In this document: positions 23,023-36,074 of the stretch, one piece after another
How the letters are laid out: every line of letters begins with the position of its first letter
Position numbering within the stretch: the first letter of the stretch is position 1
Source of the DNA: Prorocentrum cordatum
Taxonomy: Eukaryota
Direction of reading: 5' to 3'
Assembly: GCA_963575745.1 (NCBI GenBank)
Contig: CAUYUJ010000108.1
Location: 1 to 64,000, forward strand
DNA: 64,000 nucleotides
Notes under the pieces: generated by a model
What the model was told of the DNA's origin: nothing
Database searches by the model: none
Seen by the model: the letters and a program-made list of their open reading frames with translations, nothing else
Made by a program: the position numbers and the translations under genes

Positions 23023-26000
23023 CTCCCCCTCTGGGAGGCCACCAGCCGCCAAGCCTTGCTGTGCACATTTTGATACTGCTTGGGCTTCCACTTGGTGCGC
23101 GACTCGCCCCCTCGTCCCGCTCGCCTCTTTCCCCCCTATTTTCGAACGCAGCGAACACAAGACATTATGTGGTACAGGATTGCGTGGCATCGCATCCCCG
23201 CGCTTAAGAGCAATGGCGTGCGCAGCAGTGCCATGGGTCCTCAGCCGTCGCATGAGGAAGAGCGACGGCGCCCGGTGGGCGGCAGTGGCGGGGGCAGAAC
23301 TCTCTTGGCGCCAAGGGAAGGCACGGGCTGCGCTCGAAGCCGAGTCCTGCGATGCTGGGTCAGCAGCTGCAGCGCTTCTATCTTGTCGCAGATGTGAAAA
23401 AACTGGGGCGACACGCATCGCGGTGCTCGGAGATGAAGAGCCTCTGGCAGGATCCGGCGGGTGCGCAGCTGATGGGCCAGGCGCCCGGCGCGCCCGCTCT
23501 GGGAGACTCGACCGCGCGCAGGTTGGCCTCGAGCACCTCGGCCTCGTCATGAAGCAGCGCGGCCGCCCGGACGTCTGGTTCGAGCCTCCCGTGCAGCTCT
23601 GGCCGCGCCGCCGAGATCGGCGACCTGCTCAGCGACGTCGCGGGCCTGGCTGGCCGACGCGCATGCGGCGAGCCCCGTGCCGAGGGGGGGGGGGGGCTCG
23701 CCATCGGGCGGCAGCGGCAGGGCTCGGACCTGCAGCGTGGGCTTCTCCGGAGTCTGGCTCCTCGACCGCGGCCGGCGGAAGTCCTCCGTCGCCGGGGGGG
23801 CGGTCGGAAGAGCCGTCGGCGCGCGGCAGGGCGCTGCCCAGCAGTGGGCACTTGCATGACTGTGGTGACTCGTTCCCACGACAACTACTGCACTTCGTCC
23901 ACCACGGCGATGTGGGAATCTGGCAGGTTGGTGGACATTTGCCAAGGGGTGACTAGAGTCGGTCTATGTCGCGCAAGTGCGTCCTGGGTGCTGCGCTTGG
24001 CGCAGACCCCCGCTGGATCAACCGCCCGGGCCTCCGCGCGCTCCGATGGCCTGCTGGGCGGCCCGGCCTCGAGCGAGACCGCGGCTCAGGAGCGCCCGCT
24101 GAATGCCGCCGAGTACTTCGCCATCGCGAGAATGGGCACCCCGGTCGGCAGGCGCAATCCAACGGGCTCCAGGGCGCCTGGCGCGCGCTGGCGAATGACG
24201 GCTCGCCTGGCCCAGTGCGCCCTGCAATCGGCGACGTTGTAGCCGCGATGGCAGGGGGCCTGTGCCGTGCCACTTCGCGGGCGTCGAAGGGCGCGGGGTC
24301 GAGTTCTGGCATCTGTGCTTGGGGCGTGTCGAATCGTTGCGATCGAATCGGCGCGAAGAATGAAATCGCGCCCCTTCGTTCCGACAGGTCAGTGGCCATG
24401 TGCGCAGAGTAGAGCAGTGCCTGAAGGCGCTGCTCCAGGCGCGTGCTCGCCGCCGTCGGGGCCGGCGATGACGTCGGCGCCGCGCGCGCCAGGGCTGGGG
24501 CCGAAAACAAGGGCACCCTCGGCGGCTAGCAGCTAAATTGAGAAGCGTCGCTGAGGATCCGCGCGCGCTTCGGCATCGAGTGGCGCGGGCGCCCGTCGTC
24601 CACTGTGAACGACGGCGACGTGGTCGGAAGCCGCGGGTCTGGGCGGCAGCGTCGCATCGAGGGCCGCACTCGTGACCCCCGTCGCAAGGATCGCGTGCGA
24701 GCCCAAGGTTTTTCGCGCCCTGGCCAGGCCGGCGGGGCGCGCGTCCGTGAGGACGCGCGGCGGCCTTCGCGCGGGCCGCCGTGCTCCCAGCGATCGAGGA
24801 GCTGAGCGAGGCTTAGCACGGGAGCGCACGCGACGCCCGTGCACCTGGCTGGCAGCGGACTGACGGTGCAGCCTGGCGCCGCAGCGATGCTGCGCGGTGT
24901 CGCGGGCGGCGGCGAAGACCCAGCCCAGACCTACGTCCAATGGTTTTCTCCGCCCAACAGCGCGTGGCAGTGTGCGGCCGACGCGGGAACCAGAAGCCAA
25001 CCGAACCGATGGCGAAGCAGAGCCGGCCCATCGCGCAACGACGAACGGCCGCGGCGATGCCGAAGCCAGAATCGATGCCGAAGCGACGCTGTAACACAGG
25101 GGCCGATATGTCTCTGCTGGGTGGCGGCGCGTGCGTTCTGCGACTCCGAAGAGTTCTCGCGCCCGACTTGCAAGCCCCCGTAGGTTCGAAGGATATGAGG
25201 TCCAAGGGCTTCCTCCTGTTCTTCCTCCGCTCCCCTTCTTCACAAAAATAAAGCTCCGCTTGCACTGCGATTGTAATTTCCTCACGGGCGACATCGAAGC
25301 GCAACGTCCAGGGTGGACTGGGCGCCGCGCCGCCCCGCGCCCCCCCCGGGGCAACTTCGACGTCCGAGCCTGCGCCCTCGGGGGGCCGCGAGCCCGAGAG
25401 GGCGGGCGGGCGGGTCGGCCGAGGGGCGCCTTGCACTCATGCGCAGACATGGGCCCGCAGCGGGGCGCGCGCGGGCGCCCCGGCGCCGGAGCGACGGAGA
25501 GCCGCCCCGGGCGGCGGGAAACACTCCTTGGAACTCCGAAGCGCTCGCTCCCGAGCCTGGGCGCCCCCCGACGGGCTTTGCGCGTCGAAGTGGGCCCCCT
25601 GGAACGCACGGCCGGGAATCTGATTTCTTCGGGCGCGCGCTGAGGCGGCGCCTGCCAGCCCCCGCGTCGGGTCGAGGGGGGGTTCGGCCCAGGGGGCCCC
25701 GGCCGCGTCGTGGTGCTCCAGAATTTCACCTGGGCCCCGCGTTGAAAATCGCGCTGCGGCTGGCCTGGAACGTAACAAAAACCATGTTTTATGCTTCCGA
25801 GTTGTGAAAGACTGCTTCTGTGAAATCCCGGCGCCCCAGACAAACCTGGACTGGCCTCCAAACTCTGGGGCCCAAAAACATATTTGTTTGAATTCTGATT
25901 TCCCCGCTGGTTCCCAGAGCAGGCTGGCCAATCGCCCTGGCCTCTATGTTCAGAAATCCCCACGCAGAACTCAATCGCATGCGCGTTTTTGTTCGGGGGC

Positions 26001-26574
26001 GCGTCGAGGCGGCGATGCCTGGGCCCTGCCTCGGGTCGCGTCGAGGCGGCGATGCCTGGGCCCTGCCTCGGGTCGATGGCGGGGTGGGGGCCGAGGGGGG
26101 GCGGGGCAGGGCTGGCCCCGCAGCCGTGTTCTGGAGCTCCAGGAACCCCCCCATGGGCCCCCGCGCCACAAACAGTCTTGCAGCAGACGGACAGCCCCGA
26201 TGACCGCGAGATCACTTCCTCGATGTTGACATCTGATTTCCGACCCCAGCGAAAAACCGGGCGCCCAAGACGAGCCCTGGCGGCCTCTGACCCCCGAAAC
26301 CAAAAACATTAATGATTCGAGCTCCGCAAGGTTGTCCCCCCGGTACCTGCTCCTCCTCCTCCTCCTCCTCCGCCTTCACCTCCGTTGTCGTTGTCCTCGT
26401 CCCCTTTGTGCTCCCCTCGGGCCCTGCCGCTCTCGCTCTCCCTCCGCCCTCCCTCCCACCCGGGCCCCCCCCTCTGAGCTCCTCTCCCCCCCCTCTTTCG
26501 AGCGTCCCTCCCAGATCGGTGCGACGGCCAAGGAAGGAGATAAGTTGAGCAGGGACGGGCCGTCCCGGCATTTG

Positions 26575-26747
26575 TATAGTCCTACCACGAAATGTTCTTA
26601 GGGCTCAAAAATGTTCCAATAACAAAAACAATGTTCTTAGAACTTAAGCCTGATGTGTTTAAACAAGACAGACTCCGCCAGAAATGTTCTAAGAACATTT
26701 CGTGGAACCCACAAAAGGTTCTTAGAACATTGTTTGGTAGGGCTATA
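26575..26747. mobile_element. MITE (~170 bp) with ~22-bp imperfect TIRs and TA flanks (Tc1/mariner-like)
   Basis: ta-tagtcctaccacgaaatgttct ... agaacattgtttggtagggcta-ta. AT-rich interior within GC-rich DNA. Confidence 0.75.
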
Positions 26748-27765
26748 GGCGAGCCGGGACGCTTCGCCACTGCTTGAATAAGAACGAGGAGGGAGGCGAG
26801 ATGAGGGTAGAGGGGGGGGGACAGCAAGAGGAGGCAGAAGCAAGCATATCCTTTTCCTCCGCGGGACTTTCATGCGGCTTTCCAGGGGCTGTCTTGGAGG
26901 CATGCTGTAATCAGTCTGGGCTTTCGCGGCGCTGGCTTGGAGCCCTTGGTGGAACATGCGGGGCGCATTGGGGCCATCTTGGGGCAGGCTATCGGCACCT
27001 GGTGCCTCTCTGGTCGCCGATCGGCTTCTGGAGCCCTATGGGAACCAACCCCGCTCGCACCATTAGAACAATGGGAATGCTAAGCACGCGTTCGACGGCG
27101 CGCTGTGAACATGTTTCGGCACGAATCCAGCCGCGGCGATAAGAGACCCTCAGGAGCCCCAACCATACAATAGATTCCTCATCTCTGGGCCTTTCACTCC
27201 CTCCGACGTCTTTCCTCCTCAACTGGCCAGCCGCCGCAATCCGACCTCACTAACACTCCGCACCGCTCACCCCTCCCCGTCCTCCATCCTCACACCCTAC
27301 CTTCCTCCCGCCTCACTCCTACATGCCCTTAACTCCGCCTTCAGTCATACGCCCTTTCCTATCTCCCTCCTCTCATACTCCTCCTCTCCTCCTCCTCATA
27401 CCTCCTCCTCCCCTCCCTCCTCCCCCTTCCGCCCTTTATCTCCTCCTCCTCCTGCCCTCTCCCTCCTCCCTTCCTCTCTCCCTCCCGCCTCATCCTCCTT
27501 CCTCCTAATCCTCCTCCTCCTCCCCTCCTCCTCTCCTCCTTCCTCCCGCCTCCGCCTCCTCCTCCTCCCTCCTCCTCCCTCATCCTCCTCCTCCCTATCC
27601 CTCCTCCTCTTCCTCCTCCTCTCCTCCTCCTCTTTTTTTACTTTCTTTTTTTTCTTCTCCTCCTCCCCTCCTCCACCCTCCCCTCCTCCTCCTCCTCCTC
27701 CTTCCTACTCCTCCTCCCCCTCCATTCATCTCTCCCTCCTGCTCCTTGCCCCTGCCCTGGCCCTC

Positions 27766-27865
27766 CGCCAGTCGCGGCTAGGCCCCAGCGCGGTGCGCGA
27801 CGACAGGATGGCGTCGGGGACAGGCCTCGTGCAGCACCACGGTGGCGGAAGTCCTCGCCGCCCGC
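27766..27865 (-). CDS. Exon F, indel-corrupted: approximately FATGVLHGLSPDAILFVAPAL.LPRLA
   Basis: Minus strand ttccgccaccgtggtgctgcacgaggcctgtccccgacgccatcctgtcgtcgcgcaccgcgctg fits the expected TGxxHGLxPD..PALALP motif in the expected order, but only after correcting several single-base indels. Confidence 0.7.
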
Positions 27866-29287
27866 CTCCCTCCCTCCCTCCCTCCCTGCCTCTTCCTCCT
27901 CCTCCTCCTCCTCCTCCTCCTCCTTCCTCTCCTCCTCCCCCTCGTTATCCGTCTCCCCTCTCTCCTCGCTCCCTTTTTTTCTCCCAACCTTCTCCAGTAC
28001 TCATCCTGACAGGACGCCCCCAATAATGATTCCCTCTCCCCCAATCGGACACCCTGTCTATGGGTAGTGAACCTTCTCCCCCCTCCTCCTTCCCTGCCCT
28101 CCTCCCCCTTGACTCTCTCCCTCCCTCAGTGCCTCCCTCCTCCCTCCTCCCTTCTCTCTCCCTCCTTTCCTCCCTCATCTACTTACTAACTCCGTGGAGC
28201 GCCATATCCTCCTGTCCTTCTTCCCTCCCTCCCTCTCGCCTCCCTCCCTCCCTCCTCCCTGCTCCTTCCTCCCTGCTGCTGCTGCTGTTCCATTCCCGTT
28301 CCACCCCCGTTGAGAAAACGCTTCCCTGTCGCAGCACCGGGCGCGTCAGGGGCGCGGGCTGAGCGCCCCGCCCGACATGTCCAACAGTTGTACCTACTGA
28401 CGGAAGCCGGCACCTTTTCAGAATGAGGCTCTCGCCTTAGCGCCGCGCGCATGGCTTTGCACGTGAACGAGCGCGCAGGCAGGGCCGTGAATGAGAGAGA
28501 GGGGGCCCAGCTTCAAGCTACCTGCCCCCTTCCCTTCGAAGGGGGGGGGCTTCCGAAGCTACCCCTCCCCTCGCCGCTCCTTTTGTCGGCAATTTTTGGC
28601 TGGGGGGGCCCTGCCTGGCTGAGGGGGGGGCTTGGAAGCTAACCACCCCTTCCCCCCCTTTTGGGGCCTGGGGTAGGTCCGGGCTCCGCTTTCCAAAGTG
28701 GGGGGGCTTCCGAGTCTACCCCTCCCCCCGTTTCCGGGGCCCGCAGCAGGCCTGAACTCCCCTTTCCACAAGGGGAGTGCTTCCAAAGCTAACCCCGTCT
28801 CCCCCCCTTTGTGTCGGCATTTCCTGCTGGGGAGGCTCTGGCTGAAGGGGGGAGGCTTCGAAGCTACCCCCACGCCCCCCTTTTTTGGAGCCGGTCGGCC
28901 TGGCCTCCCCTTTCTGGTTTGCGGCGCCCCTGTGGTCTTCGTCGCCCTTTTGGTTTTCTGCGCCCTTTGGTTTTCGGCGCCCCCTATCTTTTCGGCGCCC
29001 TTTTGATGTTCGACGCTCCTTTGGTGTCCCACCTACGACAGCGGCTCCCGCTCGATACTTCCTCACAATTTACTCCAGGACGCCAGGCAATGGAAGCCTC
29101 CGAACTAAAGGACGACGCTCTCGCTCGAGACATGCCCGCAATTCGCTTAAGTTGGTGAAGGCCCAACTGCGAAGACAACGGCTTCCGCTCGATACTACCT
29201 GGAAACGGGATGATGATAGGAAGAGGAGGGAGGAGGAGGAGGAGGAGGAGGAGGAGGAAGAGGAGGAGGAGGGGGATGATGATGATG

Positions 29288-29324
<37 letters not shown>

Positions 29325-30257
29325 TGATCAGGAGGAGAGGAGGAGGAGGTGAGGGGAGGAGGAGGAGGAGGGAAGAGGGAGGAGGAGGAGGAGGCGGAGG
29401 AGGAGGGGGAGGGAGGAGGAGGAGAGGAGGAGGAGGAGGAGGAGGAGAGGAGGCGGGATTGACGCGGAGGAGGAGGAGAAGATGACGGAGGCGGAGGAGG
29501 AGGAGAAGGAGGAGGAGGTAGGAGGAGGGATGTGGGAGGAGGAGGAGGAGGATGAGATGGGAGGAGGAGGGAGGAGGACAAGGGGGAGGAGGCGGAGGGG
29601 AGGAGGAGGAGGAGCGAGATGGCAGCAGGAGGAAAAGGAGGTGGAGGGAAGAGGGGAGGATGAAAACTGGAAGGAAGAGGAAAAGTATGATGATGTGATT
29701 GATGCTGATGATGATGTTATGATGATGCGATGAGGATGATGAAGATGATGATGATCGAGGAGGAGTGGAGGAGGAGGAGGGGCAGGAAGAGGAGGTGCTA
29801 GTCTTCGACGTAACACGCCCCCCCCCCCGCGGCACGCTCTAGGCGTCCCACCGCAAGGACCATCGACGCTTGCGAGCGGCCCTGACTGCACCGTTCCGCG
29901 CCTCTTGCCGACACGCGTGAGGCAAAAGCTCCTGGAGAGGAGAGTGAAGGAGGAGGAGGAGGAGGAGGAGGAGGAGGAGGAGGGAGGAGGAGGAGGAGGA
30001 GGAGGGGCAGGAGGAGGAGGGGAGGGAGGAGGGAAGTGGAGGAGGGAGGGGCGGAGGGGAGGAGGAGGAGGAGGAGGAGGAGCAGGAGGAGGAGGAGGAG
30101 GAGGAGGAGGAGGAGGAGGAGGAAGATAAGGAGGGTACGAGTAGAAGGAGGGAGGTGGAGGGGGAACAGGGAGGACGAGGGAGGGAGGGAGGGAAGGAGG
30201 CGCCGACAGCTCTCCCTCTCCACCGAAAACCCCGCGGACCCCTCCGCTTGAACCCGC

Positions 30258-30312
30258 CCTTCGAGTCGGCCCCGTAGTCGACGGTCTGGTCACCAAGCTG
30301 GTACTTCCACGC
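30258..30312 (-). CDS. Exon E (loop): AWKYQLGDQTVDYGADSK(G); 3' boundary tentative
   Basis: Unique island between microsatellites. The junction CGAG|GCG is repeated at both intron ends and gives GIRE-AWK in phase. Confidence 0.65.
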
Positions 30313-30357
30313 CTCGCTCGCTGCGCGCTTGTTGCCGCCGCCGCCGCCGTCGTCGTG

Positions 30358-30401
<44 letters not shown>

Positions 30402-30469
30402 GGTCGTCGTGGTCGTCGTGGTCGTCGTCGTCGTTGGCGTCGGCGTCGGCGTCGGCGGCGTCGGCGTCG

Positions 30470-30501
<32 letters not shown>

Positions 30502-30568
30502 CTTCCGCCTATGGGGGCCTCCGGGGATCCCTGGGGGTCAAGATCTGGGGCGGGAGCAAAACTTACGA

Positions 30569-30608
<40 letters not shown>

Positions 30609-30670
30609 TTCGCCTCTGGGGGCCTCCACGGACCTTTCGGGGTCACGATCTGGGGCGGGAACAAACCCTA

Positions 30671-30718
<48 letters not shown>

Positions 30719-31009
30719 TTTGCTCGTCCTCATTGTCCTCCTCCCCATGCCTTCGAGAGGGAAGGCAGCCGCAGAGCGAGCGGACAGGCTGGGCAAAAGA
30801 GGTGCTTCCCTTGGCCCGCGGCCGCGAACAGGACCTCCTTTGCTGCCGCGAAGCTTGCTGCTTGGCGCCGGCCAACTCGGCATCCAATCGCATCGGCCGC
30901 GCGGCAGCCTGTTACGGCCGACGCATCGACGATGCGGCGCGATGCTCGGACCCCACGTGCTCGGACCCGAAAAAGGAAAAACCTCACGAGCATGATATTC
31001 TGACGGTCC

Positions 31010-31140
31010 GCGCGGAGTTTCTTGGATCTGCGCTGGACCCCCACTCCTGGGCGCGCGGAGCGCGCCAGGGGCGGCCCGGTGCCGAGCCCCCAAAGTCCCC
31101 GCGGAGCTCCAACAGTTTATGCTTACGCATGCGTTTTCTT
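31010..31140. repeat. Dispersed short repeat, also at ~35400-35540 and ~45730-45870
   Basis: Shared core ggatc.gcgct(g/a)gaccccactcc(c)tggcgcgcg.agcg.gc.aggggcggc. Confidence 0.75.
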
Positions 31141-33176
31141 CGGCTGACACCATCTGGGAGGGAGGAGGAGGAGGAGGAGGAGGAGGAGAGGAGGAGGAGG
31201 AGCGAGGAGGAGGAGGCGGAGGAGGAGGAGGAGGAGGAGGAGGAGGAGGAGGAGGAGGAGGGGAGGAGTAGGAAGAGGGGGAGGAGAGGCGGAGGCGGAG
31301 GAGGAGGAGGAGGAGGAGGAGGGGAGAGGAGGAGAGGAGGAGGAGGAGGAGGAGGAGGGGAGGGAGGCGGAGGAGGAGGAGGAGGAAATGGGGGCAGCTC
31401 GCCGAACCCGTCTTGCCTGCACACCGCAGGGAGCCGTCGGGTCCTGGGCAGCGGGCCTCGAGAGCCCGCGCGCGCGCCTGTCTGGTGATCGTCGTGGCAT
31501 GCGGTCAGAAGCTTTGGCTTGGCGCGCCGCGCCGCCGGTTCTGCCCCGCCACGCCTCGGCGCGACGCGCTGACCACAGCACGGTCGAGCGTCTCCAAGGT
31601 CCTCACCGTGGTGTCCTCCTCCTCCACCCCCCCGCCCTCCTCCTCCTCCTCCTCCTCCTCCTCCTTCCCGCCGCCCTTCCCTCCTTTCCGCCCGTCCTTC
31701 CCCCCCTCCTTCCTCTCTCTCTCCTGACCCCCAGTGGGGCGGATCCAGCTTTCCTGTGCCCCACAGGAGGGAAAACTGTGGTATCCGTCGCAAATGGCCA
31801 CGCCGAAACCAGGCTGGATCAACTTAAACGCCCCCCGTCAGGCGGTCCGCGCCTGCTCAGCACCTCCCCACAGTCACAGGAGCGTCTCAGGAACGAGTTT
31901 CCCGTCCGAACTTCGGGCTGGAACGGCCATGGCCGGCGACACATTGCTCAGCTGCTGACTGCTCCTTCGTGGCCGGGCTGTGGGGCCAGGGTCACTCATG
32001 GCTGGATGGCCCTTCGGGAGCGATGCTGCTCCCAGGCTGTGCTGCCTCGGGCTTTCGATGCGCTGGGGGGTCTCTATCGCCGCCCCATCGCCCTCCTCCG
32101 TTTGCCCGCCCAGCGCCCACGTCCTCGGATTGGTCCTCAGACTCCTGTGGCGGGTCTGGGCCGCGCCAGCACTGTCGGGACCCCACGGGGCGGGGCGCGC
32201 CCCCCCTCCTCGGGCGACCCCAAGAAAATACTGCGCCCGCAGGTCTGTAAGCACTCGCCTCCCCAGGCGCCAACTTCCCTCCTCCCTTCCTCCCTTCCCC
32301 GCTCCCAATGTTGGAAAAGGGGAGGACTCAGGCGAGCCAGCAGGCAGCAGCAGGGGGAGAGGCGGTAGCGGTCCGCGTGTCCCCTCGCTGGCCTCTGCAC
32401 AGCTCTGCTGGGCAAGCCCCAGTGGAGGAGTTTTTCGCTGTGGACCGCTATCCGTCACCCGTCAAACTTCCGGGGAGATTTGCAAGCAGGGAGCCGGACA
32501 GACGCGCAAACTCTGAGGAGAGAGGTGAGGCTGGGCCGAAAACGGCACGACGCGAACCCCACATCCTAATTAGCGAATCAACGATGTGAAAGGGCGATAG
32601 CTGCAGGCAGGGGCGGCCGGGCAGGAGGAAAGGAGGGAAAGGAGGCCAGGTGGCGGCGGGGGGCGATCGTTCCGTCGTCGTGGTGGCCGCCCGCTCGGCC
32701 ATCCGGCAGCGTCGCGTCAGGATCTTCGCCGCCAGAAAAGTGTGCCTTTGACCCCCGCAAGTCTTCCCGGGCCTGAAGAGCATCACTGTCGAAACATGTT
32801 CGCCCGGGCCTGGGTGGCAGCATCGCCGGCGGCTCGCGCAACCAACAACTGCTCGGCCACGCGTCCGCGGAGCTGTGTCAAAGCTGCGCTCAAATTCGCC
32901 GGCACCTGAAGGATCGTGGGGAAGTAGTGCTCCCTCCCTCCCTCCCTCCCTGCATCCCTCCCCCTCCCCCTCCTCCTCCCCCTCCTCCTCCTTCTCCTCG
33001 TCGTCGTCCTCCTCATCCTCCTCCTCGTCCTCGTCCTCGTCCTCGTCCTTCTCCTCCTCCTCCTCCTCCTTCTCCTCGTCGTCCTCCTCCCCCTCCTCCT
33101 CCCTCCCTCCTCTCTATCCGTGCTCCTCACCGCAATATCCTCCTCCTCCCCCTCCCCGCATCTGTGAGGCCACCGC

Positions 33177-33262
33177 CTCGCGGATGCCCGTGAGGCCGAG
33201 GACCACCAGCGCCCCGCCGACGAGGAGCGGGCTCAGCTCCTGCAGCCTCGAGGCCACGGAGC
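33177..33262 (-). CDS. Exon D: (G)SVASRLQELSPLLVGGALVVLGLTGIRE
   Basis: Hydrophobic helix ending in GIRE(A), as in CGF-like proteins. AG acceptor, GC donor. Confidence 0.85.
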
Positions 33263-33700
33263 CTCTCGGCGAAGGCTCCGCTGCGCCCGCGCCCCCTCGA
33301 CAGCGTACACTGTCGCCACTTGCGCTGTTCGAGACTCAGGGCTTTCGGGCGTTGTCGTTGGGTTGGGAGGTTCTCCAACCTCGGGGTGCTCTCCAGCAGC
33401 TGCGCCTCGCCGAGAGTGTTCCGATGGTGCCCGGATCGTCTCGAACAGCCGCCAGAGAACCGAGTTACGAGCTGAAAATCAAAGTCGCCGTCGCGGTGGC
33501 CGTGGCCGCCGACACCGCCGTCGTCGTCACCGCCGTCGTCGTCGTCGTCGTCGTCTTCTTCAACGTCGCCTTAGGCCTTTGTCGTCGCCGGAGTCGTGGT
33601 CGTGACCGTCGTCCCTCATCGCCGCCGTCGTCGTCGCCTTCGTCGCCGTGGAACGCCCGCTCGCCCTTCTGCCCCTCTTCGCCCCAACTCCCCAAGGCGC

Positions 33701-33774
33701 CGTGCAGGATGCCGAAGTTTATCGCTATGCAGACGGCGCCGATGATCAGCTGCCCCACGGCGTGGCCAGAGCCC
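33701..33774 (-). CDS. Exon C: (W)GSGHAVGQLIIGAVCIAINFGILH(G)
   Basis: Rebuilds the WGxGH..GQ motif. AG acceptor, GC donor. Confidence 0.88.
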
Positions 33775-34313
33775 CTCCCGACCCCCCGTGACGGTGCCGT
33801 CGTGGAGAAGGGGGCAGAAAGAGGGTCGAGAAATCGAGGAGGGAGGAAGAGAAACGCGGAGGGAGGGGAGGAGGATCTTGCAGTGAGGAACCTGGAGAGA
33901 GGATGGATGATGATGATGCTGATGATGATGAGGAGGAGAAGGAGGAGAAACATGAGGAACGTGGGGAGGGGGAGGAGGAGAGGGGAGGAGGGCAAGCTAG
34001 GTGCGCTCGCGGCATATCTGACGTCCTGCCCCTCCCTCCCATGCCTTACCATGGCGTAGATCTCCTCTCTATTCGCACAATCGGATGTCGTAGCATGGCA
34101 TAGCATTACATGGCATAGCATGGTGTTGAAGATCAACGCGTGGCATGACATAGCACGGCGTGGGCTTTCTTCGGCCCCACAAATCAACGAATCGACACTT
34201 ACTGCGTAATCATTTCCGATGTTTTTTTCGGGAGGCATTTTTGTTTTTTTGATTTTGGGGCCTATTTGGAAGGACCGAAAACCATGCCGTGGCATGGCAC
34301 TGGACATGATGAC

Positions 34314-34545
34314 GCCAGCGCTGCAGCGGGAGCCGATTCGAGACGAGCGGAAACGCGGAAATGATGCCAGCGCTGCAGCGGGAGCACGATTCGGAACGAG
34401 CGGAAGTGCGGAAATGAGGCCAACGCTGCAGCGGGAACACGATTCGGAACGAGCGGAAGCGCGGAAGTGAGGCCAGCGCTGCAGCGTGAGCACGATTCGG
34501 AACGAGTGGAAGCCCGAAAATGAAGCCAGCGCTGCAGCGGGAGCA
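34314..34545. repeat. ~53-bp minisatellite, ~4.5 copies
   Basis: gccagcgctgcagcgggagcacgattcggaacgagcggaag repeats in tandem. Confidence 0.9.
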
Positions 34546-36074
34546 ACATTTCGCAAAAAAACCAAAGCGAAAACCCAATTCCCAGGAATCCTGTGTATAA
34601 AACAATGCGCGAAGGGGGGCCGGAAACCTTCCAGACGTCATCAGGGGAGAGAGGAGGGTCGTATTCGTACTGTGTCACTGTATAGGAGAAAGCGGGCGGA
34701 AAAGGAAGACGCTCGGTTTCCGCCAAAGAACTGGCCCTCGTCTTGCCGGGGCGGGCCTTCCGTCGGCCCCTCCGCCAGGGGCAGGATGGCAACTCCTTAG
34801 ACCCTTTTGCAGACGGATTCGTTTCGGAACGCCTATCTTTGGACCTCGTCCTCCTCCTCCTGCTCCCCCTCCTCCTCCTGTCGTTGATGGCATCGGGACC
34901 GCTGTTGATGCCGCCCCCACCCCCCAGGGCCGTTGCCCACGGGCGGGTTGATCAAACTAGAATAGCGATAACAAGGGGCGACCAGCAGGACCCCTCGGAA
35001 GCAGGGTATCTATGCTTTTTGTGTTTTGGGAGGGGGGGAGAACAAAGACGGCGGGGAGGCCTCATCTTGAGCGAGGGGAGGAGCAAATGGTGTGTCCGAG
35101 CGTTGGAGCAGGACGGTGCGGGCAAGTGGGTGGGATGGCATCAGTGGCGTCCTCATTTTGCCCCTCCTCCGCCTCCTCCATCCCCTCTCATACCAAATAA
35201 CTCTTCTGCGTCGCGCCACCAACCGTGTCTGTAGAGTGGTCCGTGCGTGTCGCTCGAAGCGTCATGACGCAAAATGCTAGAATGTCTTGGCCTCTCCAAC
35301 GGCTGCTTGAGCATAGGTTGGCACCGTTTCTGAGTTTGGCTCTCGCATCAGCACCACGCACACTTGTCTTCCATAGAGGAACATCAGCATACAGATGCAC
35401 TTTCGGAGGTCCGCGCTGATGTCTTGGATCGGCGCTAGACCCCACTCCCTGGCGCGCGAAGCGTGCAAGGGGCGGCGCTGGAGGCGCCGCCAGAAGGCCC
35501 CAACGCCGATCCAAGAAATCCGCACGGACCTCCGAACATCTGTGTTGACGCCGTTTCGTGTTCCTCAACAGCAATTACACGGACGGTGGGGCGTATTCGC
35601 ATAAAAAACCGGAATCTGGCTCTCGCGCTGTGAACGGTCGTACATCTTTCCGACATTTGCACGGATGGAGGGCGGCCCGTTCTCGACACCTGGCTGTAGC
35701 CCAACACGCCATCACGTGTTGTGCTCCTAAGGGATTGCCCGCGTGGGGCCCGAATAATGGAATCCTTCAGGCCGCATGTGTAGTATGTGGTCAGTCTGCA
35801 TGAGGCAATCCATGCTGTGCAGGTTATGTGGTGGAAACGGTGTGCTGCACGCTCTTCGGCGCAACAATTTTCTTCTCCACCAGGGCAATCCAGGCGCAGC
35901 ACAAGAAGGCTCCTTGAACGCTCCCCAGACTTTCGGCGACCACTGACCTGTCGGCGACCACCGTCTTTTGGTGCAATATTTGCGGTGCAAGCGAATGGGC
36001 GCAATTGGCCAGGTACACGCTATGTGGGGCACCCAATCTCGTGCAATTTGTGCGGTGCGTTCTATGGGGTGCAA

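Noticed and set aside
24533..26215. 560-aa minus-strand ORF
   Set aside because: No recognisable motif, R/P/A/G-biased, and it crosses several unrelated repeat modules. A GC-rich chance ORF.
27766..27865. 3' remnant of a CRE-like element (DAILS-like end)
   Set aside because: Better explained as the missing HGLSPD exon of the transporter gene, given order, strand and junction repeats.
32780..32930. Possible RLE-element 3' fragment (LSAALTQ..VAEQLL); similar island at 31490-31615
   Set aside because: Too short and degenerate to support without a search.
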